Source: Solirubrobacteraceae bacterium (GTDB lineage Bacteria; Actinomycetota; Thermoleophilia; Solirubrobacterales; Solirubrobacteraceae). From it: a DNA stretch of 64,000 nt. Under the pieces are notes generated by a model. That model ran no database searches, was not told where the DNA came from, and was given only the letters and a program-made list of their open reading frames with translations. A program made the position numbers and the translations under genes. How positions within the stretch are numbered: position 1 is the stretch's first letter; each line of letters starts with the position of its first letter. The stretch spans positions 2,105 to 66,104 of the forward strand of contig DATARK010000050.1 in assembly GCA_036264175.1 (NCBI GenBank), given 5' to 3'. Positions 31,478-43,284 of the stretch are shown one piece after another.

Positions 31478-32542
31478 ATGGCCAAGCGCGCAAAGCCCCG
31501 CCAAGTTGTGATGGTGCTGTTCGACGGCGTGCAGAGCCTCGACGTGACGGGTCCGCTGGAGGTCTTCTCCGGCGCGGAGCGATTGCTCGACGATGTTGGT
31601 CGCAGCGCGCGCGGCTATGAGTTGCACACGCTGAGCATCGACGGCAAGCCGCTGTGCAGCTCCAGCGGACTGACGATCGTGCCGCACGGCCGCCTGGAGC
31701 AGGCGCCCGAGCGGATCGACACGCTGATCGTTCCCGGCGGCGCCGGCGTGCGCGAGATGGTCGGCGACGAGTCGCTGCTCGCCTGGATCGCCGCCGCGTT
31801 CAAGCGCTCGCGGCGCACGGCATCGGTCTGCACGGGCGCCTTTGCGCTCGCCGCCGCGGGCCTGCTGGACGGCCGCCGCGCGACGACGCACTGGACTGCG
31901 GCGGCCGCGCTGGCGCGGGCATATCCAAGGGTGAACGTCGACGCCGAGCCGATCTTCGTGCGCGATGGAGACGTGTGGACGTCGGCGGGCGTGACGGCGG
32001 GCATGGATCTGGCGCTGGCATTGGTCGAAGACGATCTCGATCGCGAGGCGGCGCTGACGATCGCGCGCCACCTGGTGCTGTTTCTGCGCCGCCCCGGAAA
32101 CCAATCGCAGTTCAGCGCGACGCTCGCGTCCCAGCAGCCCGAGCGAGAGCCACTGCGCGAGGTGCAGAGGCTGGTTGTGGAGGACGTCGCGGCCGATCAC
32201 AGCGTCGAGGCGATGGCAGCGCGCGCGCACATGAGCGCGCGCCACTTCGCACGCGCGTTCGCCGCCGAGACCGGCGTGACGCCGGCGCGCTATGTCGAAC
32301 GCGTGCGCCTGGAGGCTGCGCGGCGACGGCTGGAGGACGGCGGCGAGCCGGTCGCGACGATCGCCGCGGAGTGCGGCTTCGGCACCGCCGAGACGATGCG
32401 CCGGGTGTTCCTGCGAGCGCTCGCGGTGGGCCCGGCGGAGTACCGCAGGCGATTTCAACCAACCACCAGGAGGCACGGACATGAACACGGCGATCCTGCT
32501 GTACGACGGCTTCACGGCGCTCGACGCGATCGGGCCGTATGA
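31478..32542 (+). CDS. GlxA-family (DJ-1 + AraC) transcriptional regulator
   Basis: LDVTGP.EVF, SVCTGAF, TSAGVTAG.D, RRPGNQSQFS, two HTHs. Confidence 0.92.
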   Translation: MAKRAKPRQVVMVLFDGVQSLDVTGPLEVFSGAERLLDDVGRSARGYELHTLSIDGKPLCSSSGLTIVPHGRLEQAPERIDTLIVPGGAGVREMVGDESLLAWIAAAFKRSRRTASVCTGAFALAAAGLLDGRRATTHWTAAAALARAYPRVNVDAEPIFVRDGDVWTSAGVTAGMDLALALVEDDLDREAALTIARHLVLFLRRPGNQSQFSATLASQQPEREPLREVQRLVVEDVAADHSVEAMAARAHMSARHFARAFAAETGVTPARYVERVRLEAARRRLEDGGEPVATIAAECGFGTAETMRRVFLRALAVGPAEYRRRFQPTTRRHGHEHGDPAVRRLHGARRDRAV

Positions 32543-33146
32543 GGTGCTCAGCCGGCTTCCCGGCGCCAAGGTGACGTTCGTCGCGGCCGAGCCGGGACCG
32601 GTGCGCACAGACAACGACATGCTGTCGCTCATCGCCGACTGCTCGCTGGAGCAGATGACGGCGCCGGAGATCGTGCTCGTGCCCGGCGGTCCGGGCGAGG
32701 TGGCAGAACGCGCAGGAGGCCCGGCGCTCGAGTGGCTGCGCCAGGTCAATGGCACGAGCCGCTGGACCACGTCGGTGTGCACGGGTTCGCTGATCCTGGC
32801 CGCCGCGGGGCTGCTCGACGACAAGCGCGCGACCAGCCACTGGCTGGCGATGGACAAGCTCGCCGAGCTCCGTGCGCGGGCGGTGGCCGAGCGCGTCGTG
32901 TTCGACGGCAAGATGGTCACCGCCGCGGGCGTGTCGGCGGGCATCGACATGGCGCTGACGCTCGCCACGGAGATCGCCGGCGAGCAGGTCGCGCAGGCGA
33001 TTCAGCTGGGCATCGAGTACGACCCGCAGCCGCCGCACGACGCCGGAGCACCGCACAAGGCGCCGGCCGAGATCGTCGCGCTGCTGCGCGGCAACAGCCG
33101 CTTCGTGACCGGCGAGCGCGAGGCGGCCATGACGACGCCAGGTTGA
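32481..33146 (+). CDS. DJ-1/PfpI family protein (isonitrile hydratase-like)
   Basis: SD AGGAGG; LDAIGPYEV, SVCTGS, AGVSAGID, IEYDPQPP. Confidence 0.92.
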   Translation: MNTAILLYDGFTALDAIGPYEVLSRLPGAKVTFVAAEPGPVRTDNDMLSLIADCSLEQMTAPEIVLVPGGPGEVAERAGGPALEWLRQVNGTSRWTTSVCTGSLILAAAGLLDDKRATSHWLAMDKLAELRARAVAERVVFDGKMVTAAGVSAGIDMALTLATEIAGEQVAQAIQLGIEYDPQPPHDAGAPHKAPAEIVALLRGNSRFVTGEREAAMTTPG

Positions 33147-33209
33147 CGAGGCCTTGACGCCCCGACCGCCTAGTGATCGAATCGGCGAAACGACCGAAGG
33201 GGGACTCAC

Positions 33210-33518
33210 ATGGCTGTGTTGGTGACATTGCGGATCACAGGCGATTCCGCCCGCATCGAGCAGGCCCTCACGAGCGATTCCGACCGCCTGACTGCGGTCT
33301 CCGAGAACGCCAAGAGCAAAGGCGCTCTGCACCACCATTTCTACGCCAACGCCGACGGCAGCGGGGTGTTGGTCGTCGACGAATGGGAGACCGCCGAGGG
33401 CTTTCAGCAGTTCTTCGGCGAGAACCCTGAGATCGGCGCGATGATGGGCGAGGCGGGTGTGACGAGCGAGCCCGAGGTGTCGTTCTGGCAGCTGCTCGAC
33501 ACGCCGGACGCTTTCTGA
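33210..33518 (+). CDS. Small dimeric alpha/beta-barrel (ABM-like) protein
   Basis: SD AAGGGG; VVDEWET.E.F..F motif. Confidence 0.65.
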   Translation: MAVLVTLRITGDSARIEQALTSDSDRLTAVSENAKSKGALHHHFYANADGSGVLVVDEWETAEGFQQFFGENPEIGAMMGEAGVTSEPEVSFWQLLDTPDAF

Positions 33519-33627
33519 GCGGGCCGGCGCCCGCCGCGCCGGGGCGATCCCGGCGCGCGCGGCCCGGCGAGCTCGGCGGGCGGCCGCGGAAGAAGTGCCG
33601 AGGCCGCCCGCTAGTCTGCGATCTCCG

Positions 33628-36114
33628 ATGGCAGAGCACATCTATGACCCGCAGGCGATCTAGGCGCGCTGGCAGGAGGTGTGGGCCAGCGAGCGCACGT
33701 GGGAGGTGACCAACGAGCACGACGCCGCAGGTCACTCCGACAACTCCTACGTGCTGGAGATGCTGCCCTACCCCAGCGGCGAGCCGCACATCGGCCACCT
33801 CAAGACCTACTCCGTCGGCGACGCGATCGCGCACTTCCATCGCCGGCTGGGCCGCCGCGTGCTGCACCCGATGGGCTATGACGCCTTCGGCCTGCCGGCA
33901 GAGAACCACGCGATCAAGACGGGCGAGCATCCACGCGACTCCACGGCGGCTTCGATCGCCTCCTTTCAGCGCCAGTTCCGCTCCTGGGGCATCTCGATCG
34001 ACTGGTCGCGCGAGCTGGCGACGAGCGAAGCGAGCTATTACCGCTGGACGCAGTGGATCTTCCTGGAGCTGTTCAAGTCCGGCTTGGCCTATCGCAAGGA
34101 GGCCGCGGTCAAGTGGTGTCCGCACGACCAGACGGTGCTGGCCAACGAGCAGGTCGACGCCGAGGGCCGCTGCGAGCGCTGCGGCAACCTCGTCGAAGTG
34201 CGCCAGCTGGAGCAGTGGTTCCTGCGCATCACCGACTATGCCGAGCGGCTGCTCAACGATCTGGAGAGCATCGACTGGCCGCCGAACGTGAAGACCATGC
34301 AGCGCAACTGGATCGGTCGCTCCGAGGGCGCCGAGGTGACCTTCCGCTGCGAGGAGCTCGGCATCGATTATCCGGTGTTCACGACGCGACCGGACACGCT
34401 GTTCGGAGCGACGTTCTTCGTGATGGCGCCCGAGCATCCTGACATCGCGCGTCTGACCGAAGGAACCGAGCACGAGCACGAAGTGCACGAGTACGTAAAC
34501 GTGGCGCTCAACGAGACCAACGAGGAGCGCGGCAACGTCGAGAAGCCGAAGACCGGCGTGGCGCTCGGGCGCACGGTCACCAACCCGGTCAACGGCGAGC
34601 AGATTCCGATGTACGTGGCCGACTACGTGCTGATGGAGTACGGCACGGGCGCGATCATGGCGGTGCCGGCGCACGACGAGCGCGACCACGCCTTTGCGAA
34701 GGCCTTCGACCTGCCGATTCGCCGCGTGATCGAGCCCGCCGGCGGCAGCGACGAGCAGGACTTCGCCGCGCTGCCCTACAGCGGCGACGGCGTGCTGGTC
34801 AACTCGCGCGAGGACTTCGACGGGCTGGACAACCGCGAGGCGCTCGGCGAGATCGTGCGCTGGCTGGATGTCGAGGGCAAAGGGCACGCGTCGATCAACT
34901 ACAAGCTGCGCGACTGGCTGATCTCGCGTCAGCGCTACTGGGGCACGCCGATTCCGATTCTCTACTGCGAGCAGTGCGGCGTCGTGCCGGTGCCCGACGA
35001 CCAGCTCCCGGTGCAGCTGCCGGACATCGAGGACTACACGCCGAAGGGCCGCTCGCCGCTGGCCGCGGCCGAGGAGTGGGTGAACACGACCTGTCCCAAC
35101 TGCGATGGCGCCGCGCGCCGCGAGACGGACACGATGGACACGTTCGTCGACTCCTCGTGGTACTTCCTGCGCTACTGCGACCCGCACAACGAGCTCGCCG
35201 CGTGGAACCCGGAGGCGCTGCGCGAGTGGATGCCCGTCGACCAGTACATCGGCGGCGTGGAGCACGCGATCCTGCACCTGATGTACGCGCGCTTCTTCTG
35301 CAAGGCGCTCGCCGACCTGGGGCACCTAGACTTCCAGGAGCCGTTCGCCGCGCTGTTCACGCAGGGCATGGTCACCAAGGACGGCGCGAAGATGAGCAAG
35401 TCGCGCGGCAACGTCGTCTCGCCGGCGTCGATCGTCGAGCGCGTCGGCGCCGACGCGGCGCGCTGCTACATCCTGTTCGTCGGGCCGCCCGACCAGGACG
35501 CGGATTGGTCGGACGCCGGCGTGGAGGGCGTGCACCGCTTCCTCGGCCGGCTGTGGCGCCTGGCGGCCGAGACGGCCGAGCTGGTCGACTCCGACGCCGG
35601 CGCGCCCGCGACGCCGGTCGACGCGCAGGGCGACGATCTGACGCTCGTGCGCAAGGCGCACTGGGCGATCGACAAGGTCAGCGGCGATCTGCGCCGCTTC
35701 GCTTTCAACACGGCGATCGCCGCCGTGATGGAGCTGATCAACGACTGCTCGCGCCGGCGCGACGCGGCGGAGCCCGAGACGCTGCGCTTCGCGCTGGCCA
35801 CGGCCGCGTCGCTGCTGTTCCCGTTCGCGCCGCACGTCTGCTCGGATGCGTACGAGCGCCTGACCGGCGAGCGCGTGTGGGAGGCCGACTGGCCGAGCGC
35901 CGAGGCGGAGCTGCTGGAGCGCGACGCCTACGAGTTGGTCTGCCAGGTCAACGGCAAGCTACGCGATCGCGTGCAGGCCGCTTCCAACGCGACGCGCGAC
36001 GAGCTCAAGCAGCTGTGCAAGAGCGCGCCGAACGTGCAGACGCATCTCGATGGCAAGGAGCTGGTCAAGGAGATCGTCGTCCCCGGCAAGCTCGTGAATC
36101 TCGTGGTGCGCTGA
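33628..36114 (+). CDS. leuS: Leucine--tRNA ligase, with an in-frame TAG at codon 12
   Basis: MLPYPSG..HIGH, KMSKS; the N-terminus [15 protein letters not shown] is in frame upstream of the ORF-track start. Confidence 0.95.
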
Positions 36115-36145
36115 GCGCGTCGCCGCGAGCGCCTAGACTCGATCG

Positions 36146-37159
36146 ATGGCCGAGCTCAAGCCCGCTTATCTGATCCACGGCGACGATCACGGCGCTGTGG
36201 CCGAGCGGCGCGCGGGGTTGCGCACGCTGGCCGAGGCGCCGGGCGCCGAAGCGAGCGTGGAGCTGCTGGAAGGCGATGCGGCGACGCCGGCCGGGGTGGC
36301 CGAGGCGCTGGCGGCGATGACGCTGGCGATCGGACGTCGCGTGATCGTGGTGGAAGGTGTGGAGCGCTGGCGGCCGGCCGACGTGGAGAAGCTGATCGCG
36401 CCGGCGCTCGCGCAGATGCCGCCGGACACGACGCTCGCGCTGTTCGCACGCGAGGAGGCACGCGCGAAGGCGCCGCAGGAGCTGCACGACGCGGTGCGGT
36501 CGGCCGGCGGGCAGATCGTCGCGCAGATGACCGTCAAGCCGTGGGAGCTGCCCAAGTGGGCGCGCGAGCAGGCAGCGCGCGTCGGACTGTCGCTCGATGC
36601 GGCGGCGGCAAAGGCGCTGGTGGCGCAGGTCGGCGACCGCCAACAGCGATTGCTGCGCGAGCTGGAGAAGCTTGCACTGGAAGGCGACGCCGACGAGGGC
36701 GGCGCGACGGCGATCGACGCACAGCGCATCGACGATCGCGCGGCGCATTCAGCGGAGTGGCGAGCCTTCGCGCTGGCGGACGCGCTCGTCGGTGCCAACG
36801 CGCGCGAGGCGACGCAGTCCTACCTGCGCCTGCGCGAGCAGGGCGAGCGCCTGTCGGGGCTGATCTACCTGATGTCCCAGCGCCTGCGCGACGCGCTTGC
36901 GGTGGCGCTGCGCCTGCAGGCCGGCGAGTCCGAGGCGACGGTCAAGCGCGGCCTGCGCATGCCCGCGCGCGCCGCCGAGCGCTTCGTGGCCGACGTCGCG
37001 CGAAGCGACCCCGACCGCCTGCGCGCCGCGCTGGCCTCATTGGCCGACCTCGAGCTCGACTCGCGCGGCGGCGCCGTGATCGCATCCGACCGCACGCCGT
37101 TTGCGGCGCTCAGCGAGGACACGCTCGCCCTGCGAGCGATCGCTCAGATCGCCGGGTGA
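36146..37159 (+). CDS. holA: DNA polymerase III delta subunit
   Basis: YLIHGDD, RELEKL, F.LADAL; position between leuS and rpsT. Confidence 0.85.
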   Translation: MAELKPAYLIHGDDHGAVAERRAGLRTLAEAPGAEASVELLEGDAATPAGVAEALAAMTLAIGRRVIVVEGVERWRPADVEKLIAPALAQMPPDTTLALFAREEARAKAPQELHDAVRSAGGQIVAQMTVKPWELPKWAREQAARVGLSLDAAAAKALVAQVGDRQQRLLRELEKLALEGDADEGGATAIDAQRIDDRAAHSAEWRAFALADALVGANAREATQSYLRLREQGERLSGLIYLMSQRLRDALAVALRLQAGESEATVKRGLRMPARAAERFVADVARSDPDRLRAALASLADLELDSRGGAVIASDRTPFAALSEDTLALRAIAQIAG

Positions 37160-37426
37160 CTAAGAGGAGCTGCCGGCGCGGGTCCGCGCTGCGCGTGACT
37201 TCTTGTGCGCGCCGTTATTACGGTGCAGCGCGCCGCGCTTGACGGCCTTGTCGATCGTGCGCACTAGCTCGCGGTGCGTCGCGTCGGCCTCGGCGGCATC
37301 GCCGCTCTGCACGAGCGTCTCCAGGCGGCGGAAGTGCGTCTTGATCGCCGAGGTGTAGCGGCGGTTCTCCAAGCGCTCGCGCTCGGTGCGCAGATTGCGC
37401 TTCTTCTGGGAGTGGATGTTGGCCAT
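37160..37426 (-). CDS. rpsT: 30S ribosomal protein S20
   Basis: MANIHSQKKR, IDKAVKRG.LH.N...KKSR. Confidence 0.97.
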   Translation of the reverse strand: MANIHSQKKRNLRTERERLENRRYTSAIKTHFRRLETLVQSGDAAEADATHRELVRTIDKAVKRGALHRNNGAHKKSRAARTRAGSSS

Positions 37427-37480
37427 GAAAAAGTCGCGAGAGCCCGGCATCAAACGGTCCGGGCGCGCCGCGAAGAGCCG

Positions 37481-37487
37481 TACTATA
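37481..37487. promoter_or_regulatory. Overlapping divergent -10 boxes for murJ (TACTAT, +) and rpsT (TATAGT, -)
   Basis: AT island tactata, 7 nt before an in-frame TTG of murJ. Confidence 0.55.
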
Positions 37488-37493
37488 GCGGCC

Positions 37494-39227
37494 TTGTCTG
37501 AGTCTGGAGAAGCGGGCGGGGGGGTGCCGCCTAGGTCGGATGAGCCGCTCACGCCGGAGGAGGCGCATGTGACGGCAGAGGAGTCCTCGGCGCTGATGGC
37601 CGAGCTGCCTGATGCCGGCGAGGAGCCGCAGCTGCCGGCGCCGCCGGTCGGGCGCGGCGTCGCACGCAACACGGCGATCTTCTCGATCCTCACTGGCGTC
37701 TCACGGGTCGTCGGGCTGCTGCGCGAAATCGTCGCCGCGAGCTTCTTCGGCACGGGCGGGCCGGCGTCGGCGTTCACGCTGGCATTTCAGGTGCCCAACC
37801 TGTTCGCCAACCTGTTCGCCAACGCGGCGCTGTCGGCGGCGTTCGTGCCCGTGTTCACCGAACTGCTGCAGAAGGGGCGCAAGAAAGAGGCCTTCCGCCT
37901 GGCCTCGACGTTGTTCTGGATCATGCTGATCGCGCTGGGCGCGGTGACGGCCTTCTTCATCGTGGCGGCCGGCGTGATCATGCCGCTGTTCGTCGGCAAC
38001 ACCTTCGAACCGCAGCTGACGTCGCTGCTCGTCGGGCTGTCGCAGATCCTCTTCCCGGTCGTGCTGATCCTCGGTCTGACGGGCATCCTCGTGGCGGTTC
38101 TGCAGTCCTATGACCACTTCACGATTCCGGCGATCTCGCCGGCGGTGTGGAACGTCGTGATCATCGTGCTGCTCGTGATCCTCCGCCCGCACTACCCGGG
38201 CGGCTACCACGACGGCAATCAGCTGCACGCGTACGCGATCGCGGTGCTCGTGGCGACGTTCGTGCAGCTGCTGCTGGCGATCGTCGCGCTCGGGCGCATC
38301 GACTTTCGCCTGCAGATGCACATCGACTGGCACGACCCGCGCATCAAACAGGTGTTCACGCTGATGCTGCCGGTGACGATCGGCCTGGGCATCGTCAACC
38401 TCGACCAGCTGATCAACTCTGTCTTCGGCACGCTCGTGTCAGACGAAGCGCCGCGCGCGATCGACAACGCCTTTCGCGTGTACATGCTGCCGCAGGGGCT
38501 GTTCAGCGTGGCCGTCGCGACGGTGCTGTTTCCGACGCTCAGCCGCATGGCGGCCAACCGCGATCCCAGCGCGATGCGCCGCGCGGTCGGTGTAGGCATG
38601 CGCCAGATCAACCTGCTGTTGATTCCGGCGGCGGCGTTCATGGTGGTGCTGCCCAATCCGATCGTGCGCCTGCTGTTCCAGCGCGGCGAATTCAGCGCGC
38701 ACTCCACGCACATCGTCGCCGTGGCGCTGTTCTGGTTTGCCTTCAGCCTGCCCTTCGGCGGCCTCAACCTGCTGCTCACGCGCACGTTCTTCGCCGTGCA
38801 GCGCCCGTGGATCCCGACGCGCCTGGCGGCGCTGAACATCGTCGTGGACATCATCGTCAGCGTCGCGCTGTACAAGCCGTTCGGCATCGCCGGGCTGATC
38901 ATCGGCACGGTCGCCGCCAACGCCGTGATGACGGCGCTGCAGGCGCGCCGCCTGCGCGAGGGTCTCAACGGGCGCCTGGAAGGCGCGCAGACGACCATGA
39001 TCACCGTGCGCATACTCGTCGCCTCGGCGCTGCTGGCAGGTGTCTCATGGCTCGTCTGGCGTCTGCTCGACGATCTGCTCGGCGTGTCGCTGGCCGCGCA
39101 GATCATCAGCGTCGGCGCCGCCGGCCTGGCGGGCGTGTACGTCTACGTGCGCGCCGTGCTGACCATGCACGTGCCCGAGGCACATCAGGTTCACCGGCTG
39201 GTCATGGCGCAGCTCGGCCGCGGCTAG
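37494..39227 (+). CDS. murJ: Lipid II flippase MurJ (MviN)
   Basis: [27 protein letters not shown]. Confidence 0.93.
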   Translation: MSESGEAGGGVPPRSDEPLTPEEAHVTAEESSALMAELPDAGEEPQLPAPPVGRGVARNTAIFSILTGVSRVVGLLREIVAASFFGTGGPASAFTLAFQVPNLFANLFANAALSAAFVPVFTELLQKGRKKEAFRLASTLFWIMLIALGAVTAFFIVAAGVIMPLFVGNTFEPQLTSLLVGLSQILFPVVLILGLTGILVAVLQSYDHFTIPAISPAVWNVVIIVLLVILRPHYPGGYHDGNQLHAYAIAVLVATFVQLLLAIVALGRIDFRLQMHIDWHDPRIKQVFTLMLPVTIGLGIVNLDQLINSVFGTLVSDEAPRAIDNAFRVYMLPQGLFSVAVATVLFPTLSRMAANRDPSAMRRAVGVGMRQINLLLIPAAAFMVVLPNPIVRLLFQRGEFSAHSTHIVAVALFWFAFSLPFGGLNLLLTRTFFAVQRPWIPTRLAALNIVVDIIVSVALYKPFGIAGLIIGTVAANAVMTALQARRLREGLNGRLEGAQTTMITVRILVASALLAGVSWLVWRLLDDLLGVSLAAQIISVGAAGLAGVYVYVRAVLTMHVPEAHQVHRLVMAQLGRG

Positions 39228-39236
39228 GTCGGGAGC

Positions 39237-39269
39237 AAACGCGGACGGGCGGACCCGAAGGCCCGCCCG
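39237..39269 (-). terminator. GC hairpin with UUCG loop followed by a short T run (minus strand); may also terminate murJ
   Basis: Stem 39246-39255/39260-39269, AAA at 39237-39239. Confidence 0.55.
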
Positions 39270-39283
39270 CGCCGCCCGAACTT

Positions 39284-39431
39284 GGATCGCCCTTAACTTC
39301 ATACGTCCCAGGACTGTGTGTCTTGCCTGGGCGGCGTGACACTCTCGACACCTGGACAGGCCGCCGACCCGAAGGCCGGCGCGTAGCCGCGGTTGGACCG
39401 AAGTCCGCGTCAAGTGGGCGATCCGCCGGTA
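39284..39431 (-). ncRNA. Candidate structured non-coding RNA of unrecognised family
   Basis: Closing stem 39284-39297/39409-39424, two internal cUUCGg hairpins, CCCAGG/CCUGGG hairpin, upstream TAGCCT -10, downstream terminator. Confidence 0.6.
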
Positions 39432-39496
39432 GGCGAAAGGCTAGCGCGCTGCGTCGGCGCCACCGCGGCGCGCGTGCCTTCTACGCTGTAGCGCGC

Positions 39497-41314
<1,818 letters not shown>

Positions 41315-41815
41315 ATGCGCCGAGGCGAGCCGTTCAGGGTGCTGTTCGTGTGCCTGGGCAACATCTGCCGCTCGCCGACCGCCGAGGGCACGATGCGCGT
41401 GCTCGTGCACGAGGCCGGCCTACAGGAGGAGATCGAGCTCGACTCGGCCGGCACCGGCAGCTGGCACGTCGGCAGCCCGCCGGACGAGCGCGCGACCGCC
41501 GCGGCGGCTGGACGCGGCATCGCGCTGGAGGGTGCCGCGCGGCGTGTGCGCGACGAGGACTTTCAAGATTTTAATTTGATTCTTGCGATGGATCGGCAGA
41601 ACCTCGCCGAGCTGCGGCGTCTCGCGCCCGATGCGAGCGCTCGCGAGAGGGTTCGCCTGCTGCGCGAGTTCGATCCGACGAGCTCCGAGCGGGACGATCT
41701 CGACGTGCCAGACCCGTACTACGGCGAGGGTGACGGCTTCGAGCTGGTGCTCGACCACGTGCAGGCCGCCTGCGCCGGGCTGCTGGCACAGATTCGCGCC
41801 GGCGAGCTTTCGTGA
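41315..41815 (+). CDS. Low molecular weight protein-tyrosine phosphatase
   Basis: VCLGNICRS P-loop, DSAGT, VPDPYY. Confidence 0.94.
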   Translation: MRRGEPFRVLFVCLGNICRSPTAEGTMRVLVHEAGLQEEIELDSAGTGSWHVGSPPDERATAAAAGRGIALEGAARRVRDEDFQDFNLILAMDRQNLAELRRLAPDASARERVRLLREFDPTSSERDDLDVPDPYYGEGDGFELVLDHVQAACAGLLAQIRAGELS

Positions 41816-42641
41816 CGCTGCCGCCGGGCGCGCGCGACGCGCGGGCGGTCGGCGGCGGCGACATCAACGAAGCCTTCCGCGTGGTCATGGCCGACGGCGG
41901 CGAGGCGTTCGTCAAGACGCGCGACGACGCCGCGCCCGGCGAGTACGCCGCCGAGGCCGCCGGGCTGCGCTGGCTGGCCGAGCCGGACGCCCTGAAACGC
42001 CGCGCGTGCTCGCCGTGGACGACGGCTATCTGGCGCTGCAGTGGATCGAGCCCGGCCGCCTGGACGCCGCCGGCGAGCGCGAGCTCGGCAGCGCTCTGGC
42101 GCTGACGCACACCGCGCATGCGCCGCGCTTTGGCAGCTTCGGAGGTTCCGACGCCGCCTGGATCGGACCGTTGGAGCTGTCCAACGAGCCGACGCCGGAC
42201 TGGGCAAGCTTCTATGCCGAGCGGCGCCTGCGTCCGCTGGCGCGCATGGCGCGCGAGCGTGGCGCGCTGAGCGCGGCCGGCACGCAGGCGGTGTTGCGCG
42301 TCTGCGAGCGCCTGCCCGAGCTCGTAGGACCGCCCGAGCCGCCCGCGCGTCTGCACGGCGACCTGTGGTCGGGCAACGTGCTGGCCGACAGGCAGGGCAG
42401 GCCGTGGCTGATCGACCCGTCGGCCTACGGCGGCCACCGCGAGATCGACCTGGCGATGCTCGAGCTTTTCGGCGCGCCGTCGCGCGCCTTCTTCGACAGC
42501 TACGAGCAGGTCGCGCCGCTGGCCGACGGCCGCCAGGAGCGCGTCGGCCTCTACCAGCTGCTGCCGCTGCTCGTGCACGCGCTGCTGTTCGGCGGCTCCT
42601 ACAGCGCCGCAGCCGAGCGCGTGGCCAAGCGCTACACCTGA
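41812..42641 (+). pseudogene. Fructosamine kinase family protein, frameshifted at ~41995-41997
   Basis: GGGDIN, FVK, EA.GL.WL in one frame; PRVL...LHGDLWSGN, LIDP, GHRE.DLAML in the -1 frame. Confidence 0.8.
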
Positions 42642-42747
42642 GCCGGCTCGGCGCCAACGCGCGCGGGGGATATCGCCGGAGTCGGCGGGCGGGGGCTGGC
42701 CTGGCCTGGCCTGTCCCGTCGCGGCGGGCGCCGTCGGAGTGGTGGAA

Positions 42748-43284
42748 GTGCAGCAGCACACACTGGACAGTCGCCGCCGGCTGTATCTGCTGGCGCGTAT
42801 GGTCGTCGCGCGCAACTATCGCCGCCGGCTCACGCTGGCGGCGGTCGCGCGCGCGGTCGCGAGCTCGCCGCGCCAGGTTCAGCGTGCCTACGCGCAGTTC
42901 GGCCAGACGAGCTTTCAGGAGGATCTGCGCGCGCGCCGCCTGAGCGCGGCAGCGCAGCTGCTGGCAGAGCAGCCGGCGATCTGCGTGCGCGACGTCGCAC
43001 AGCTGGTCGGCTACAGCCAGGCGCCGGCCTTCGCGCAAGCGTTTCGTCGGCGCTACGGCCTTGCTCCGGCGCTGTTTCGCCGGCACGCCCGCGCGCATCG
43101 CGCGCTGGCTCAGACTGTCGAGCGCTCGCGTCGCGCGCCCTCGCCGGGCGTTGGCGCTGCAGCGCCCTGCAGCGACGCGTCGGGCTCCAGCGCTTCCGCG
43201 CCGGGCAGAGTGAGGCGCATCAGCGTGCCGCCACCTGGCGCCGACTCGGCGCCGACGCTGCCGCGATGCTGCTCGGCGACCTGA
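42748..43284 (+). CDS. Stand-alone AraC-type HTH regulator
   Basis: LTLAAVA...SPRQ, VAQLVGY....FAQAFRRRYG..P; 3' end overlaps the convergent kinase gene. Confidence 0.75.
   Translation: MQQHTLDSRRRLYLLARMVVARNYRRRLTLAAVARAVASSPRQVQRAYAQFGQTSFQEDLRARRLSAAAQLLAEQPAICVRDVAQLVGYSQAPAFAQAFRRRYGLAPALFRRHARAHRALAQTVERSRRAPSPGVGAAAPCSDASGSSASAPGRVRRISVPPPGADSAPTLPRCCSAT

Noticed and set aside
32481-32542. 62-nt overlap of the GlxA regulator with the DJ-1 gene
   Set aside because: Likely a trivial C-terminal run-on; both proteins are otherwise complete
33519-33600. GC-rich hairpins upstream of leuS as a T-box leader
   Set aside because: No T-box consensus, and the -10 box lies downstream of them; more likely a terminator of the upstream gene
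39268-39285. CGCCCGAACT resembling the glmS ribozyme 5' core
   Set aside because: No downstream GTTGACGAGG and no glmS gene
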